From the NCBI GenBank assembly GCA_046538485.1, contig JBKHIT010000002.1:64001-128000 (forward strand): a DNA stretch of 64,000 bases, read 5' to 3'. Below the pieces are notes generated by a model. The model did no database searches, had not been told where the DNA came from, and was given only the letters and a program-made list of their open reading frames with translations. A program made the position numbers and the translations under genes. This DNA comes from Candidatus Brocadiia bacterium (GTDB lineage Bacteria > Planctomycetota > Brocadiia > SM23-32). Numbering within the stretch: the first letter of the stretch is position 1; every line of letters begins with the position of its first letter. Shown here piece by piece: positions 35,001-43,892 of the stretch.

Positions 35001-36884
35001 GAGCAAATGATGAGGGGAGCTTTTCAACGAAGAAAAAGGGATGCCGGGCACGCCGTGGATGTCTTCCTGGTTCCTGAACGAATGGATGATTGGGATCATT
35101 ACACCTGCGAGGTCATGCGTGGGGTTGGCCAGGGCCTGGCCGGCTGGATCTTGTGGAACAATCCGGATGGGTCGGGCCCCCTGGCGGTGGAACCCAAAAA
35201 GTTTGCCTCCATGGCGAAAATAGCCGACCAATGGCGCCGACGTTACTGTCCGGAGAAACCTCTGTTGATCGGGGGAATGAGCTCCAATACGGCTATCCCA
35301 TATCTGCGGAAGTTAGGCAAACAAAATGCTTTGGAACATGTCAGCGGAGTGAATGTTCGTATGGACGTCGGACGGCTTTCCCCGGAAGACGCTGAGATTG
35401 TCAATTATATTGAGGAGCTTCGCTCAGAAATGCCTCAGGCTGAAGAACATCGTTACGTTCTTGTGACGGATCTCGACTGGGCCGTTGAGAAAGAAGGGAG
35501 CGGGCTCTGCGTGTTTGACCAGGCCGCGTTTTTGACGCGCTCATACATGATGTTAAACCGTTTCGGAATTCGGCCTGTTTTGCAAATTGCGAACGAAGAT
35601 TATGATCGACTCGGGCTGGGTCTGGCGTATCGGGATCGCCTTTATGTACCGCCGATGCGGGCCCGACCGAGTGATTATCATTTTAAACCTTCCTGGTGGG
35701 CGATGGCCCGGGTGCGAGAACTGTTTGGCAATTTCCATTCGACGGGAAGCGTTGAAATCAGCGATATTATTCCCGGGCAAACCCGGTGCTTGCTTTTCGA
35801 AAAAAGCGGAGAGGATGTGACTGTCGTCGTATTATGGCGTTTGTATCGGCCGGGAGAAATCTCTTTTGAAAATACAGGTCTCGAAGTGACTGAATCATGG
35901 GACCTGTTTGGAACTCCCATTAAGCCGACTGAGAAATGGTTCTCCGTGGGGAAAATGCCCACTGCGTTCCGTATCCCCGTGAAACCGACTGTTGCGGAGC
36001 AAGCATTGAGACTTCTGCAGGTGAAAAGTCCAGATGGGCTGAGCTGGCCCCAGACGGTTATATCGGTAATAAAACCGGGAGGAAAAGATTATAAACAGAC
36101 CGGCGGCCAAAAAGCGGTTTTCAAGGGCAAAACGGTGACTGCACGCAGCTGGGAAGGTAATGGTTTGCGGTTCAAAAAAGGTGGTTCGGAGGAATTTTCA
36201 GTGCCAGTGCCGAAAGATTACGGACTGGTTCTCAGGAAACGCTTCCTGCTGGAAGAGATCGGGCAAGACGCGGAGGTGGCGGTCAATGGGAAAAAAGTAG
36301 CGGAGTGGAATCTGCGGCGGCACAAAAAACAGTTGTCCGGTGGCGTGCGAGATAGCTCTTTTTTCATTGGAAGGAAGCATTTAAAAAATTCAGACGAGGC
36401 AAAAATAACGGTCAAATACCCGGACGCAGCCAATACGATCGAGTGGCGGATTTTTGCGTATCGAGAAGGCGCCTTCCCACTCTCAGCTCTCGGCCCTCTG
36501 TATGCGGAACAGAATGTTGGGCACATAAGGTTTGGACGCAACAGTCTCGGGATGCCACTGAAAATTGCTGGCAAATCATTTAAAAACGGACTGGGGACAT
36601 TTGCCCGTAGTCTGGTGGAATATCAAATCAACGGGCAATTTAAGAAGCTGAAGGCAGAAGTCGGTGTGGATGCCGTCACAGAAGGGAAAGGATCCGTTGT
36701 GTTCAAAGTGTTTGGTGACGGGGAAGAACTGTGGTCTTCACCTGTAATGTCGGGGTTGGATGAAGCCCGACCGGTGGAGATAGATGTGAGCAGTGTAGAT
36801 CGGTTGCGTCTGGTGGTTGATAACGCTGGCGATGGCAACCGCTATGATGCTGCAAATTGGGGCAGAGCCCGCCTGCTGCGCTAA
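31998..36884 (+). CDS. Large secreted protein (1628 aa): three CBM-like/Ig-like repeats, GH39/GH5-like barrel, C-terminal NPCBM/NEW2 domain
   Basis: Signal peptide, three W-V-[KH]-G-D-G..D-[FW]-x-[GD]-W modules, WILWNNPDG, FKPSWWA and NPCBM (GRNSLGMPLKIAGKSFKNGLGTFA..VGVD..GSVVFKVFGDG..DGNRYDAANWG). ATGA overlap. Confidence 0.82.
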   Translation: MKRVLGTTITLWIAALVFLSLNCAVAAQPHNIVENFTARLNSSDQIHSSVVTTDPWRGVGHAHLTYKAEGRHRRASLFLPDEKYRVPGPGTVKMWVKGDGSGNNLRICVRHARVQHDRHGRRRLQHHEDIWSRQVKLDFAGWKRLSFDMSEIPDDRSAWWRCLEITVPRGQEAKMSGKLALDEFVQIPKKSRPKGAVAVTLIGPRIRNFSRKIAVSLDVRNFTRKSQEIKARVVATDRNENLVLDRDFTIKAEPFARISADENKTSEHHLELVPDQIARFLPPFKVQCDVGSELTDLSVSRSFKVVMGNSIYLFDDLSDVYGRWFTAGGGDLKSMRHWPKWIMGEQQRYSPFYQTSARLTRVPVEHKPTGKLLAERYLGKYAMKFDYRGNAAVYMTRRRYLPGNAYRMGVWVKGDGNGAELWARFLDYTDNADFWPGGWQRIGRGGRVVCKLDFTDWRYFELELPGGGIGRNTPRGSTDALDFPLELTAFRIEPGKEKSSGSVQIGAIHVHTQQPQRKTLAVQVGYEDAERRWWSEGDAWAAVQNSWPGGGRKVRVTWNLLDRKNEEIASGQKELGLNPVATANVEIPLSKFAAKIEKCLAPFRLQVVATDTEDFSTSTTRELIIAKPDSSALVADFEAERGYLGMLPRGMERKKPAGEFVAWTSAKVSHGGQRSLAINWKKEAGLQLPVSVDPPLPGVPVELSLWVHGDGKGEIMYPLIGDKRGVSHGAHGGQWDLFLPRTSAGKFQNVVKVDWKGWKKLTFNLPVIPPTWQEKLPVLGFEASYPLGVHLMVDGRDASAEMGTIYVDDLRAETHLAPQHRVNMRLRPMGRTNVLRPGEAARVLVTNHGMADESNVEIEGGIYDWRGRKRVEVDEKRALKPMAHVGLECGEKLPVGAYKIALDLKQNAKKLEHLSKDFLVGDLSKYLGSGWEEQIDDSPALKRPLGEDFARIDEDWDWVEHYPGNVQLDTLRYHIGRVREDGAKPWALLGYSAYYAAGVGFEQMMRGAFQRRKRDAGHAVDVFLVPERMDDWDHYTCEVMRGVGQGLAGWILWNNPDGSGPLAVEPKKFASMAKIADQWRRRYCPEKPLLIGGMSSNTAIPYLRKLGKQNALEHVSGVNVRMDVGRLSPEDAEIVNYIEELRSEMPQAEEHRYVLVTDLDWAVEKEGSGLCVFDQAAFLTRSYMMLNRFGIRPVLQIANEDYDRLGLGLAYRDRLYVPPMRARPSDYHFKPSWWAMARVRELFGNFHSTGSVEISDIIPGQTRCLLFEKSGEDVTVVVLWRLYRPGEISFENTGLEVTESWDLFGTPIKPTEKWFSVGKMPTAFRIPVKPTVAEQALRLLQVKSPDGLSWPQTVISVIKPGGKDYKQTGGQKAVFKGKTVTARSWEGNGLRFKKGGSEEFSVPVPKDYGLVLRKRFLLEEIGQDAEVAVNGKKVAEWNLRRHKKQLSGGVRDSSFFIGRKHLKNSDEAKITVKYPDAANTIEWRIFAYREGAFPLSALGPLYAEQNVGHIRFGRNSLGMPLKIAGKSFKNGLGTFARSLVEYQINGQFKKLKAEVGVDAVTEGKGSVVFKVFGDGEELWSSPVMSGLDEARPVEIDVSSVDRLRLVVDNAGDGNRYDAANWGRARLLR

Positions 36885-36915
36885 CCCGCATATGGGTCGG
36901 AGAATTTCAGAGAGG

Positions 36916-36955
36916 TGCAGGTCCGCATCGACGAGGCGGGCCCGCCGGTGGTCGT
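36916..36955 (+). repeat. REP-like dispersed repeat, copy B
   Basis: TGCAGGTCCGCATCGACGAGGCGGGCCCGCCGGTGGTCGT, similar to 5013-5052. Confidence 0.65.
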
Positions 36956-37448
36956 GTGCAGTTTGCGGGGAGATCTGACGGCTTTGGAGCTGCTTTCTGA
37001 GAAAGTTACAAATGTGAATAGGTTTTACGTGCCTTCTCAGCGCACCGGCGCTGGCTCTGGAATGGGGTGAAGAGTTGGGCCGTGCCAAACGGGACACCAG
37101 TTTTCTTTTTTCCCGAACCTTTCGGTAAATTGTTCAATAGGGCATGATGAGCCACTTTCTGGCCAACAGTCTTCTTCATCTGCCGGGCAAGCCGGCACGG
37201 GCCGTGTTTATTGGATGAGGGGATTTAGATTATGAAATGGGAATGCCCTATGCGCACCGTCGTTACGCAAAAATCGATGCCGGGTATTTACTTGAAACTT
37301 TGCGGGGATAGTTTTTGAGAGGTCTGTGCCGAAGGGGTCGTTAAACTCTACTGTTTTTCGCGAAGCTGGCGGGACCAAAAATAATAGACCGCAAATATGC
37401 GACGACGTGCGCGGGGGAAAAAGAGGAATTGTCCTTCCGTTCAAATAT

Positions 37449-38471
37449 CTATTTTTCCTTTTTGATTTGCTGGATGATTTGTTTGATGTATTTGCCTTCA
37501 CGTGAATCGGGATTGAAGGAGATGGCTTTTTGAAGCGTTTTCAGGGCTTTTTCCCTTTTGCCTTGCTGGGCATACAGGATGCCGAGGAAGTAGTGATCTT
37601 TCTGAGGTTCTTTGAGTTTAACACCGGCTTCCGTAAGCTTCTCCATTTTATCAGTAGCTTCCACTACCTGTTTTTTCAATTGCGCCGGGGGAGTACTCCG
37701 GGCATTTTGCAACAGGCTCATCACGTAGGATGTTACGGCTTTTTCCCAGAAACCGTCTTTGTTTTTGGGGTCAAATGTCCGGACCTGATTGAGAGCCTCA
37801 CTCAGCTCGTCCTTTTTCCCTGATTTTTGCAGAGTTTGGAAACGGATCATCGCTGCTTTTGCCCCATTTCCCCGTTTGTTATCGGGATCAAGCTCGAGAA
37901 CTTTTTCGGCTGCATGAAGTGCCTTTTTGTGTTGCTGGACGCCCATGTAGATATTCATCGCCTGAACATTAAATTCGTAACTGTCTGTATCGGCTGTTTT
38001 GGTTTTTTTCTGGAATGTCTTGAAACTCTGCAATTTTTTCTGTCCGGTTTCCAGCTTTTTGACAAAAGGATCTACGGGAAGATACCCGGCCCAGGAATTG
38101 AAGACTATCCCATCGGCAGTAACCTGCACCAGGAAAGGGTACCCTCCACCTCCCCATTTTTTCATTAATTTACGGTATTTCTTAGCGTTTTCGAGTTCTT
38201 TTCCCTTTCGGTTTCGCACCGTACAGTCGAGGCTTACAGGAACGAATGCTTTGAGCGCCTGTTTGCCTTTTTTGTTGTTGTAAACATCTTTTTCGATTCT
38301 CCGGCACCAACCGCACGACTCGGTCGTGAAGTGCACATAAAGCGGTTTGCTTTCTTTGCGGGCCAGTTTCTTGGCTTTCTCCCAATCACTGAGAAAATAG
38401 TCAACGCCTGCAGCAGCATGAAGAAGCGGAGAGGCGAGGATTAAAAGACAGACGGCAAATAACTTTTTCAT
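37449..38471 (-). CDS. Exported thioredoxin-fold (CGWC) protein with TPR repeats
   Basis: Signal peptide MKKLFAVCLLILASPLLHA, KPLYVHFTTESCGWCRRIE, cis-Pro GYPF and TPR segments (AEKVLELDPDN, LGILYAQQGKREKALKTLQKAISFNP). Confidence 0.88.
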   Translation of the reverse strand: MKKLFAVCLLILASPLLHAAAGVDYFLSDWEKAKKLARKESKPLYVHFTTESCGWCRRIEKDVYNNKKGKQALKAFVPVSLDCTVRNRKGKELENAKKYRKLMKKWGGGGYPFLVQVTADGIVFNSWAGYLPVDPFVKKLETGQKKLQSFKTFQKKTKTADTDSYEFNVQAMNIYMGVQQHKKALHAAEKVLELDPDNKRGNGAKAAMIRFQTLQKSGKKDELSEALNQVRTFDPKNKDGFWEKAVTSYVMSLLQNARSTPPAQLKKQVVEATDKMEKLTEAGVKLKEPQKDHYFLGILYAQQGKREKALKTLQKAISFNPDSREGKYIKQIIQQIKKEK

Positions 38472-38528
38472 ATTTTTCCCTTTTGAGAAACGAGTGGATA
38501 GCCGAAATCATAAAAACCCATTATATTG

Positions 38529-38558
38529 AGCATAGGTCATTTTGAGGTTTTATGTCAA
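38529..38558 (-). promoter_or_regulatory. Putative sigma70 promoter for the thioredoxin-TPR gene
   Basis: Minus strand TTGACA-N18-TATGCT. Confidence 0.4.
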
Positions 38559-38835
38559 TGCATCAGAGCGCTCTTTAATTGCCTGATAGGTGAAACGGGA
38601 AGAACACAAGAACAGTTGAGTCCTGTGTTCGATACAGATTCCGTGGGCAAACCTGCGTTTCGAGTGTATTGGTGGCTTATATCGAGCGGGAGGAATAGAT
38701 TGGACCGCTTTTCCGCCTTTGCTCGGTTGAAAAAACAAGGGCTTGCGGTCATGCTGCACCCTGATCAATAGCAGTTTTATTTTTGTACGAGGCCAAACCG
38801 AAAAGCTCTTTTCATACGGAAGGCAGGTTATAGAA

Positions 38836-41800
38836 ATGTATGTGAGGGTGCAAAACATTCTTCTGTGGGTTTTGCAGATACTTCTCTCTGCAACGTTGCT
38901 GCCCGCGGTTGGCTTTGCGGCGGAGGCGGAGGTCTTACAGGCGAAGGAGATAGAATCAGAACTCGGGCGCGTAACCGACCTCCGAGTGGTTCACCGCGGT
39001 GCTATTGAGCACCTTCAGGATGCCCGTACGCTGACGGTTTATCTTGCTGGCTGGGGAGGGCCTGACCGGGACCCCGAGGTCGAAGACCTGATGGTCGAGG
39101 CGGAAGGACTCTATGGCCTGATTCGGGGAGTCGATTACGGAGCGAGCGGTTTGCAGGCTCAATTTAATGTTGCCACCAGCAACAAGAAAGAGACGGTCAA
39201 GAGACCTGCGGTTGAATCTCTTGCGCTTCTCCAACGTGCGCGTCGTTCAGTGGCCGAGCAGGTAAATGATTTCTACCGACGATGCGTGGCGTTGAAAAAA
39301 GATCTTCGCAAGCGGGTACGAGAAACTGCGCGCCAGAAAATCCAATGGGAGATAACCGAAAAGGCGGCCGCCTGGGGGAGTCCTGTGCTTGAAAGAGGAC
39401 GCCGTTCGGGTCTTCGCTTTGGGTGGAGGTTGCGTGAAAGGGACCGCAGAACGGATTTTTTTGATTACAGCGACGAGCGCAAGAACCACGTTCTCGCCAC
39501 GGGCGCCCGGATGGGTATTTCATTCGTAAACGTCTATTACAACAAGGTTTGTAACTGGTCAGTTATCGAAAAAGAGAAGGGGGAGTATGATTTTGCCCCC
39601 CTTGATAATATCGTCAAACGCGCCCACAAATACGGCATTCGTGTGACCCCAATGCTGGCCTGTTTGAACGGATCACCACCAGAATGGCATCTTGAGAAAG
39701 AGGGCAAGGACAGCCAGTTCACTGTCTTAAGACGAAGACGCCGCCGCGAACCAAAAAAGGAAGTTCAGACAGGAATCAATTTGTTCCATGAACCAACGCG
39801 CAAAGCCTTCACGCGTTTTTTGACGGCCTATGCGCGTCATATCCGGCAAAAATGGGCAGAACAAATTCCGGCCGTCTATGCACCGGGGACCCAGCGCGAA
39901 CTCAGCGCACCCGCAGATCGGTCGGAGATTATGGATCAGTTCTGGCGACGCTGGGACCGAGCGCACGGGGGCGATGGGAAGAGCGAATGGGTGATACCGG
40001 AAGAAATTGACCGTGAGAGAAAAGGCGGTGAACGCGCGTATGTCCGGGCCGAAATGTGCCGGGAGGACTGGCTTATTCAGTACGTGCGAACGGTTCATAA
40101 GGCGTTGAAACAAGGCCACGACGAGTTAATTGTTCAGATGCCGACCACAAGCGATGATTTCCACAGACTTTTCGCGGCTCGAACGGGTAATTCGCGCGAT
40201 CTGAGCCGACTCTGTGAGTTGACGGATAACCCCGGGACTTCCACGGACAGCCCGGCTGGATTCGGAGTGCTGCGCAGCTTGGCGGACGGGGCGTGGCGAT
40301 GGTCGCAGGACGTCCATTCAGGTTGCGGAATCATTGCTGCTGCGGCCACATCAAATGCGACGTTGCACGGTTGTGTGCGGATTGCTATCGGGGAACCTGC
40401 AAACAGTTTGCGGGCCTATTTCCCACGAAGCTGGTTCCGCTATTGTGACTGGCAGATCGGCGGGTTCGGTATTGGATCTTACTACCTTGCGCCGATGCGC
40501 TGTCAGGAACTTTCTGCGCTGATTCTCAACACCCGTCGGGCAGACGCGCCGATTGCTGTACTGTGGAGCCAGAGCAGTCTACGGCGCGACAAGAACAGTC
40601 GTTGGTTCAAAAGCGCGATGGCATGGGGCCATCTTCTCGCCAGGTCCTATTTTCAGTTCGATTATATTGCTGAGAACGGCCTCGCGGAAAATCTTAAAAA
40701 TTACAGAATTTTGATTCTACCGTCGACCCATACGTTGCCAGATGGGGTTAGCAAAACGATCCGGCAGTGGGTTCGAGGGGGCGGTATTCTTCTGGGATTT
40801 GGGGCGCCCGGTCTTTACGATGAATTTGGGGTTCGACGCAAAGGACTGCCTCTGGCGGACGTTTTTGGGGCGGAATTCGCCGGGTTCCGGGTTCCAGCGC
40901 CCATCCGACCCGACAGACTGGTGACGACACACCCGGAAGGTTCGTATGTTTCGATCCCCCCGCACGATTACAAGTTCGAGGCGAGCACTTACGCGGTGCT
41001 TGAGCCAACGGATGGCAAGGCCCGGGCATTTTATGCTTCGCGTCACGAGCAGGTAGCCATTGTGGAGCACAAGTTTGGTGAAGGTGAGGCTATGCTCAGT
41101 GGATACCCCGTGGGGTTTGAGTACTGGCAGGCTGCACCTTACGAAATGGGGCTCGGATTGACCCATCATCGCCAGCTCGATTACAATCCTGAAATTAAAC
41201 GATACGAACATTGGCTGGCAAAAGAACTCGAAAAACGGGGCGTAAAGCGAGAACTGGTGCCGGCATACGGTCGCATGCTGCGTTCCCAGCGCGGGGATGA
41301 TCCCGACTGGTTCCACATCTTCCGCAACAATCCCGAATATCGGGAGTACATGTTCGAAACTGATCGACCGGTCCGGGCGGTCTACGCCATCCCTCGTAAG
41401 AGAGAGGGGATTGACAACTTTTACGTGACTTTTACCAATACTCAGGCTAACTATTTATGGGAACGCGGATATTTCGTCAGCACACTGGCCGGGGGACGTG
41501 TCATGATGGCGGTGCTGGCGGAGGATAGATGGGAAGAAACGCCTGTCGTTTTTGACGCGCGCCTCAGAGTTCCTGTTCCGGCCGAAATTAAGAAGGGTAG
41601 GATCAAGATGCAGCTTGTTGATAGAGGATATACAGCTCGGGAGGCTAAGCCGGCTCATATGGACGGGCGGTACCTTCGTTTTGAAACCTGGCTGCCGGTT
41701 TCTCGCGCGGCAGGATATGCCATCGCGCCGCAGGGAAAAGTCCGTTTGTTTGGACAGACCGAACCTGACGGCGAGACTCCGGATGCGGTCTTTGAAAAAA

Positions 41801-42339
41801 CTCAAGCCTGCGAAAAAGGTGAGAAACTTCGTGCGACTGAGATTCTTGCGCCGGCTGAAATCGGCGAGTTTTTGGAGAAACGGCGGGGCAAGGAACTTCT
41901 CATCGGGTGCGGGGATCGGCGTTACCGGCCGGTCGGCGAGGAATTGGCCACGTGGTTGAGGGAAAAATACAATATTGAGGCCAAAACGACGACAGCAGGT
42001 CCTCGCGCGACGACGAATTGCACATATATGTCAGGTTTTGGTTGGACCCGTTACGGTAAAAACCCGGTGGAGGCCGATATACTTGTGGGCAATGATCAGT
42101 CCAACGGTTTAATGTGGAAGTTCGCCGACAGCAAAGACTGGGTGCACTGGTTACCGGTGGAGGTCAATCAAGATTTCCCGGGTCTTGGGCATGCCATTGT
42201 AATGATGTCACTTCCGGTAAGGACCCGCGCGAACGGCCAGCCCGGCGGCAGAGGGGCCCCCAGTCACCTTATCATCGGCGCCAGCAATCCCTCGGATGCG
42301 CTTCGGGCGGTGAAGGAAATGAATGAGAGATTGAAGTAA
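38836..42339 (+). CDS. Secreted GH42 beta-galactosidase-like multidomain protein (about 1167 aa) with atypical catalytic positions
   Basis: Signal peptide ..LLSATLLPAVGFA, NWSVIEKEKGEYDFAPLDNIV..GIRV..SPPEW, and trimerisation domain APIAVLWS..FDYI..YRILILP..WVRGGGILL..YDEFG. Confidence 0.75.
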   Translation: MYVRVQNILLWVLQILLSATLLPAVGFAAEAEVLQAKEIESELGRVTDLRVVHRGAIEHLQDARTLTVYLAGWGGPDRDPEVEDLMVEAEGLYGLIRGVDYGASGLQAQFNVATSNKKETVKRPAVESLALLQRARRSVAEQVNDFYRRCVALKKDLRKRVRETARQKIQWEITEKAAAWGSPVLERGRRSGLRFGWRLRERDRRTDFFDYSDERKNHVLATGARMGISFVNVYYNKVCNWSVIEKEKGEYDFAPLDNIVKRAHKYGIRVTPMLACLNGSPPEWHLEKEGKDSQFTVLRRRRRREPKKEVQTGINLFHEPTRKAFTRFLTAYARHIRQKWAEQIPAVYAPGTQRELSAPADRSEIMDQFWRRWDRAHGGDGKSEWVIPEEIDRERKGGERAYVRAEMCREDWLIQYVRTVHKALKQGHDELIVQMPTTSDDFHRLFAARTGNSRDLSRLCELTDNPGTSTDSPAGFGVLRSLADGAWRWSQDVHSGCGIIAAAATSNATLHGCVRIAIGEPANSLRAYFPRSWFRYCDWQIGGFGIGSYYLAPMRCQELSALILNTRRADAPIAVLWSQSSLRRDKNSRWFKSAMAWGHLLARSYFQFDYIAENGLAENLKNYRILILPSTHTLPDGVSKTIRQWVRGGGILLGFGAPGLYDEFGVRRKGLPLADVFGAEFAGFRVPAPIRPDRLVTTHPEGSYVSIPPHDYKFEASTYAVLEPTDGKARAFYASRHEQVAIVEHKFGEGEAMLSGYPVGFEYWQAAPYEMGLGLTHHRQLDYNPEIKRYEHWLAKELEKRGVKRELVPAYGRMLRSQRGDDPDWFHIFRNNPEYREYMFETDRPVRAVYAIPRKREGIDNFYVTFTNTQANYLWERGYFVSTLAGGRVMMAVLAEDRWEETPVVFDARLRVPVPAEIKKGRIKMQLVDRGYTAREAKPAHMDGRYLRFETWLPVSRAAGYAIAPQGKVRLFGQTEPDGETPDAVFEKTQACEKGEKLRATEILAPAEIGEFLEKRRGKELLIGCGDRRYRPVGEELATWLREKYNIEAKTTTAGPRATTNCTYMSGFGWTRYGKNPVEADILVGNDQSNGLMWKFADSKDWVHWLPVEVNQDFPGLGHAIVMMSLPVRTRANGQPGGRGAPSHLIIGASNPSDALRAVKEMNERLK

Positions 42340-42347
42340 GATTCAGT

Positions 42348-43892
42348 TTAGCCCGGGAGTTTCCCTGCATCCTGACGATAAGTTTCTTCGCATTCCCGCC
42401 AGAATTCCTGCATTTCGCGGCACCGATCGGGCTTCTCTTTGGAAAGGTCATTCATTTCACTGCGGTCGGCCGACAGGTTATAAAGAGCCCAATCGTCGTC
42501 CATCGAGCCCACGGGGCCCGAATCCGATGCGCTGACGATTTTCCAATTGCCGATCCGGAGAGCACGGTTCCCTGAATGGTGGAAAAAGATATGCGAGTGC
42601 CCGATGCTATCGTCTTCACCGAAAGTGGGCGCCAGACTTCTACCGGGGAGTGGCGGGGCATCCGCCGGGAACGGGATGTCGCCAGGGCGTATGCCGGCAA
42701 GTTCGAGGATTGTGGGCAGGAAATCAATGCAATGGCCCATGTCGTGACGGAGCTCGCCCCGGGCGGCGATACCGCTGGGCCAGGAGGCAATCATCGGAGT
42801 GGCTACACCGCCTTCATGAACCCAGATTTTGTGTCGTCTGAATGGCGAATTGCTGCAGTTGGACCAGCCCGGGCCAAGACACAGATGCGTTGTTTCGGAG
42901 CCCGGGGGAGCCATGGGATCGTGTCCGCCGGCTCGGATCATAATCTCCGCACTCGCCCCGTTGTCGGACAAAAACAGAACAAGTGTGTCATCGTAAACGT
43001 TCATTTCTCGGAGCTGATCGAGCAACCGTCCGATTTCGCGGTCGGTACGATCGACCATCCCGGCGTGTATGGCCATTTTGGTGGCCTGGAACTCTTTCTG
43101 TTCGTCTGTCAATGAATCCCATGGGACGGCATACTCGATTTCGCCCGGACCGTAACGTTCTCCGTATTCGTCTTTGTACCAGGGGGCTTTTACGTCCGAC
43201 TCGCGTTCCGACAGCGGGCAATTCACAATGCCCATCTCACGAAGACGCTGCCAGCGGCGTTCGCGCATTATGTCCCAACCCTCGTCGTAACGCCGCCGGT
43301 ATTTATCGATATCTTCCGGTTCGGCCTGAACGGGGAAGTGGGGTGCGGTATAGCATACATAGTGGAAAAAGGGTGTACCGCTGTGATTGTTTTCGTGATC
43401 ACGCAGACACTCAAGCGCATGATCGGTGATGGCGGTTGAGGAAAATTTCTTTTCGCCCTCTTCCCCGAAGAAGTGTTTCCCTTGTTCGATCTGTGTTCCC
43501 CAGCTTATATCGAATTCTCCGAACTCTTCGGGTTTTTGCACGTTGCTTATGTGCCATTTGCCGGAGTGGTAGCTGCGATAGCCGACCTGATGCAGGTAAT
43601 GGGGCAACAACCTCTGCCAGGAGGGCCGGTAATGTGTTTCCGAATCGGGAGGATCCATGCAGACCTGCTGTGCGTAAAATCCCGTCATCATGCAGGACCG
43701 CGACGGCCAGCAGCGTCCGGTGTTATAGAATTGAGTAAATCGCAGTCCCTTCTTGGCCAACCCGTTGAGATTCGGGGTTTCGACTTCGCCCCCATAACAT
43801 CCGGGGTCGGAAAACCCCATATCATCCATGACTATCAAAACGACGTTTGGCTTTTGCGGGTTGTTTTCCTGCGGATCGGCTACAGATGCCAT
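42348..43892 (-). CDS. Arylsulfatase (S1 Cys-type sulfatase)
   Basis: PNVVLIVMDDMG, CWPSR signature, SGKWH, YTAPHFP, FLSDNG and HEGGVATP. No signal peptide. Confidence 0.93.
   Translation of the reverse strand: MASVADPQENNPQKPNVVLIVMDDMGFSDPGCYGGEVETPNLNGLAKKGLRFTQFYNTGRCWPSRSCMMTGFYAQQVCMDPPDSETHYRPSWQRLLPHYLHQVGYRSYHSGKWHISNVQKPEEFGEFDISWGTQIEQGKHFFGEEGEKKFSSTAITDHALECLRDHENNHSGTPFFHYVCYTAPHFPVQAEPEDIDKYRRRYDEGWDIMRERRWQRLREMGIVNCPLSERESDVKAPWYKDEYGERYGPGEIEYAVPWDSLTDEQKEFQATKMAIHAGMVDRTDREIGRLLDQLREMNVYDDTLVLFLSDNGASAEIMIRAGGHDPMAPPGSETTHLCLGPGWSNCSNSPFRRHKIWVHEGGVATPMIASWPSGIAARGELRHDMGHCIDFLPTILELAGIRPGDIPFPADAPPLPGRSLAPTFGEDDSIGHSHIFFHHSGNRALRIGNWKIVSASDSGPVGSMDDDWALYNLSADRSEMNDLSKEKPDRCREMQEFWRECEETYRQDAGKLPG

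Noticed and set aside
36885..37448. Possible small gene or ncRNA in the 560-bp gap
   Set aside because: Short ORFs lack an RBS or motifs. Only REP-like palindromes were recognised.
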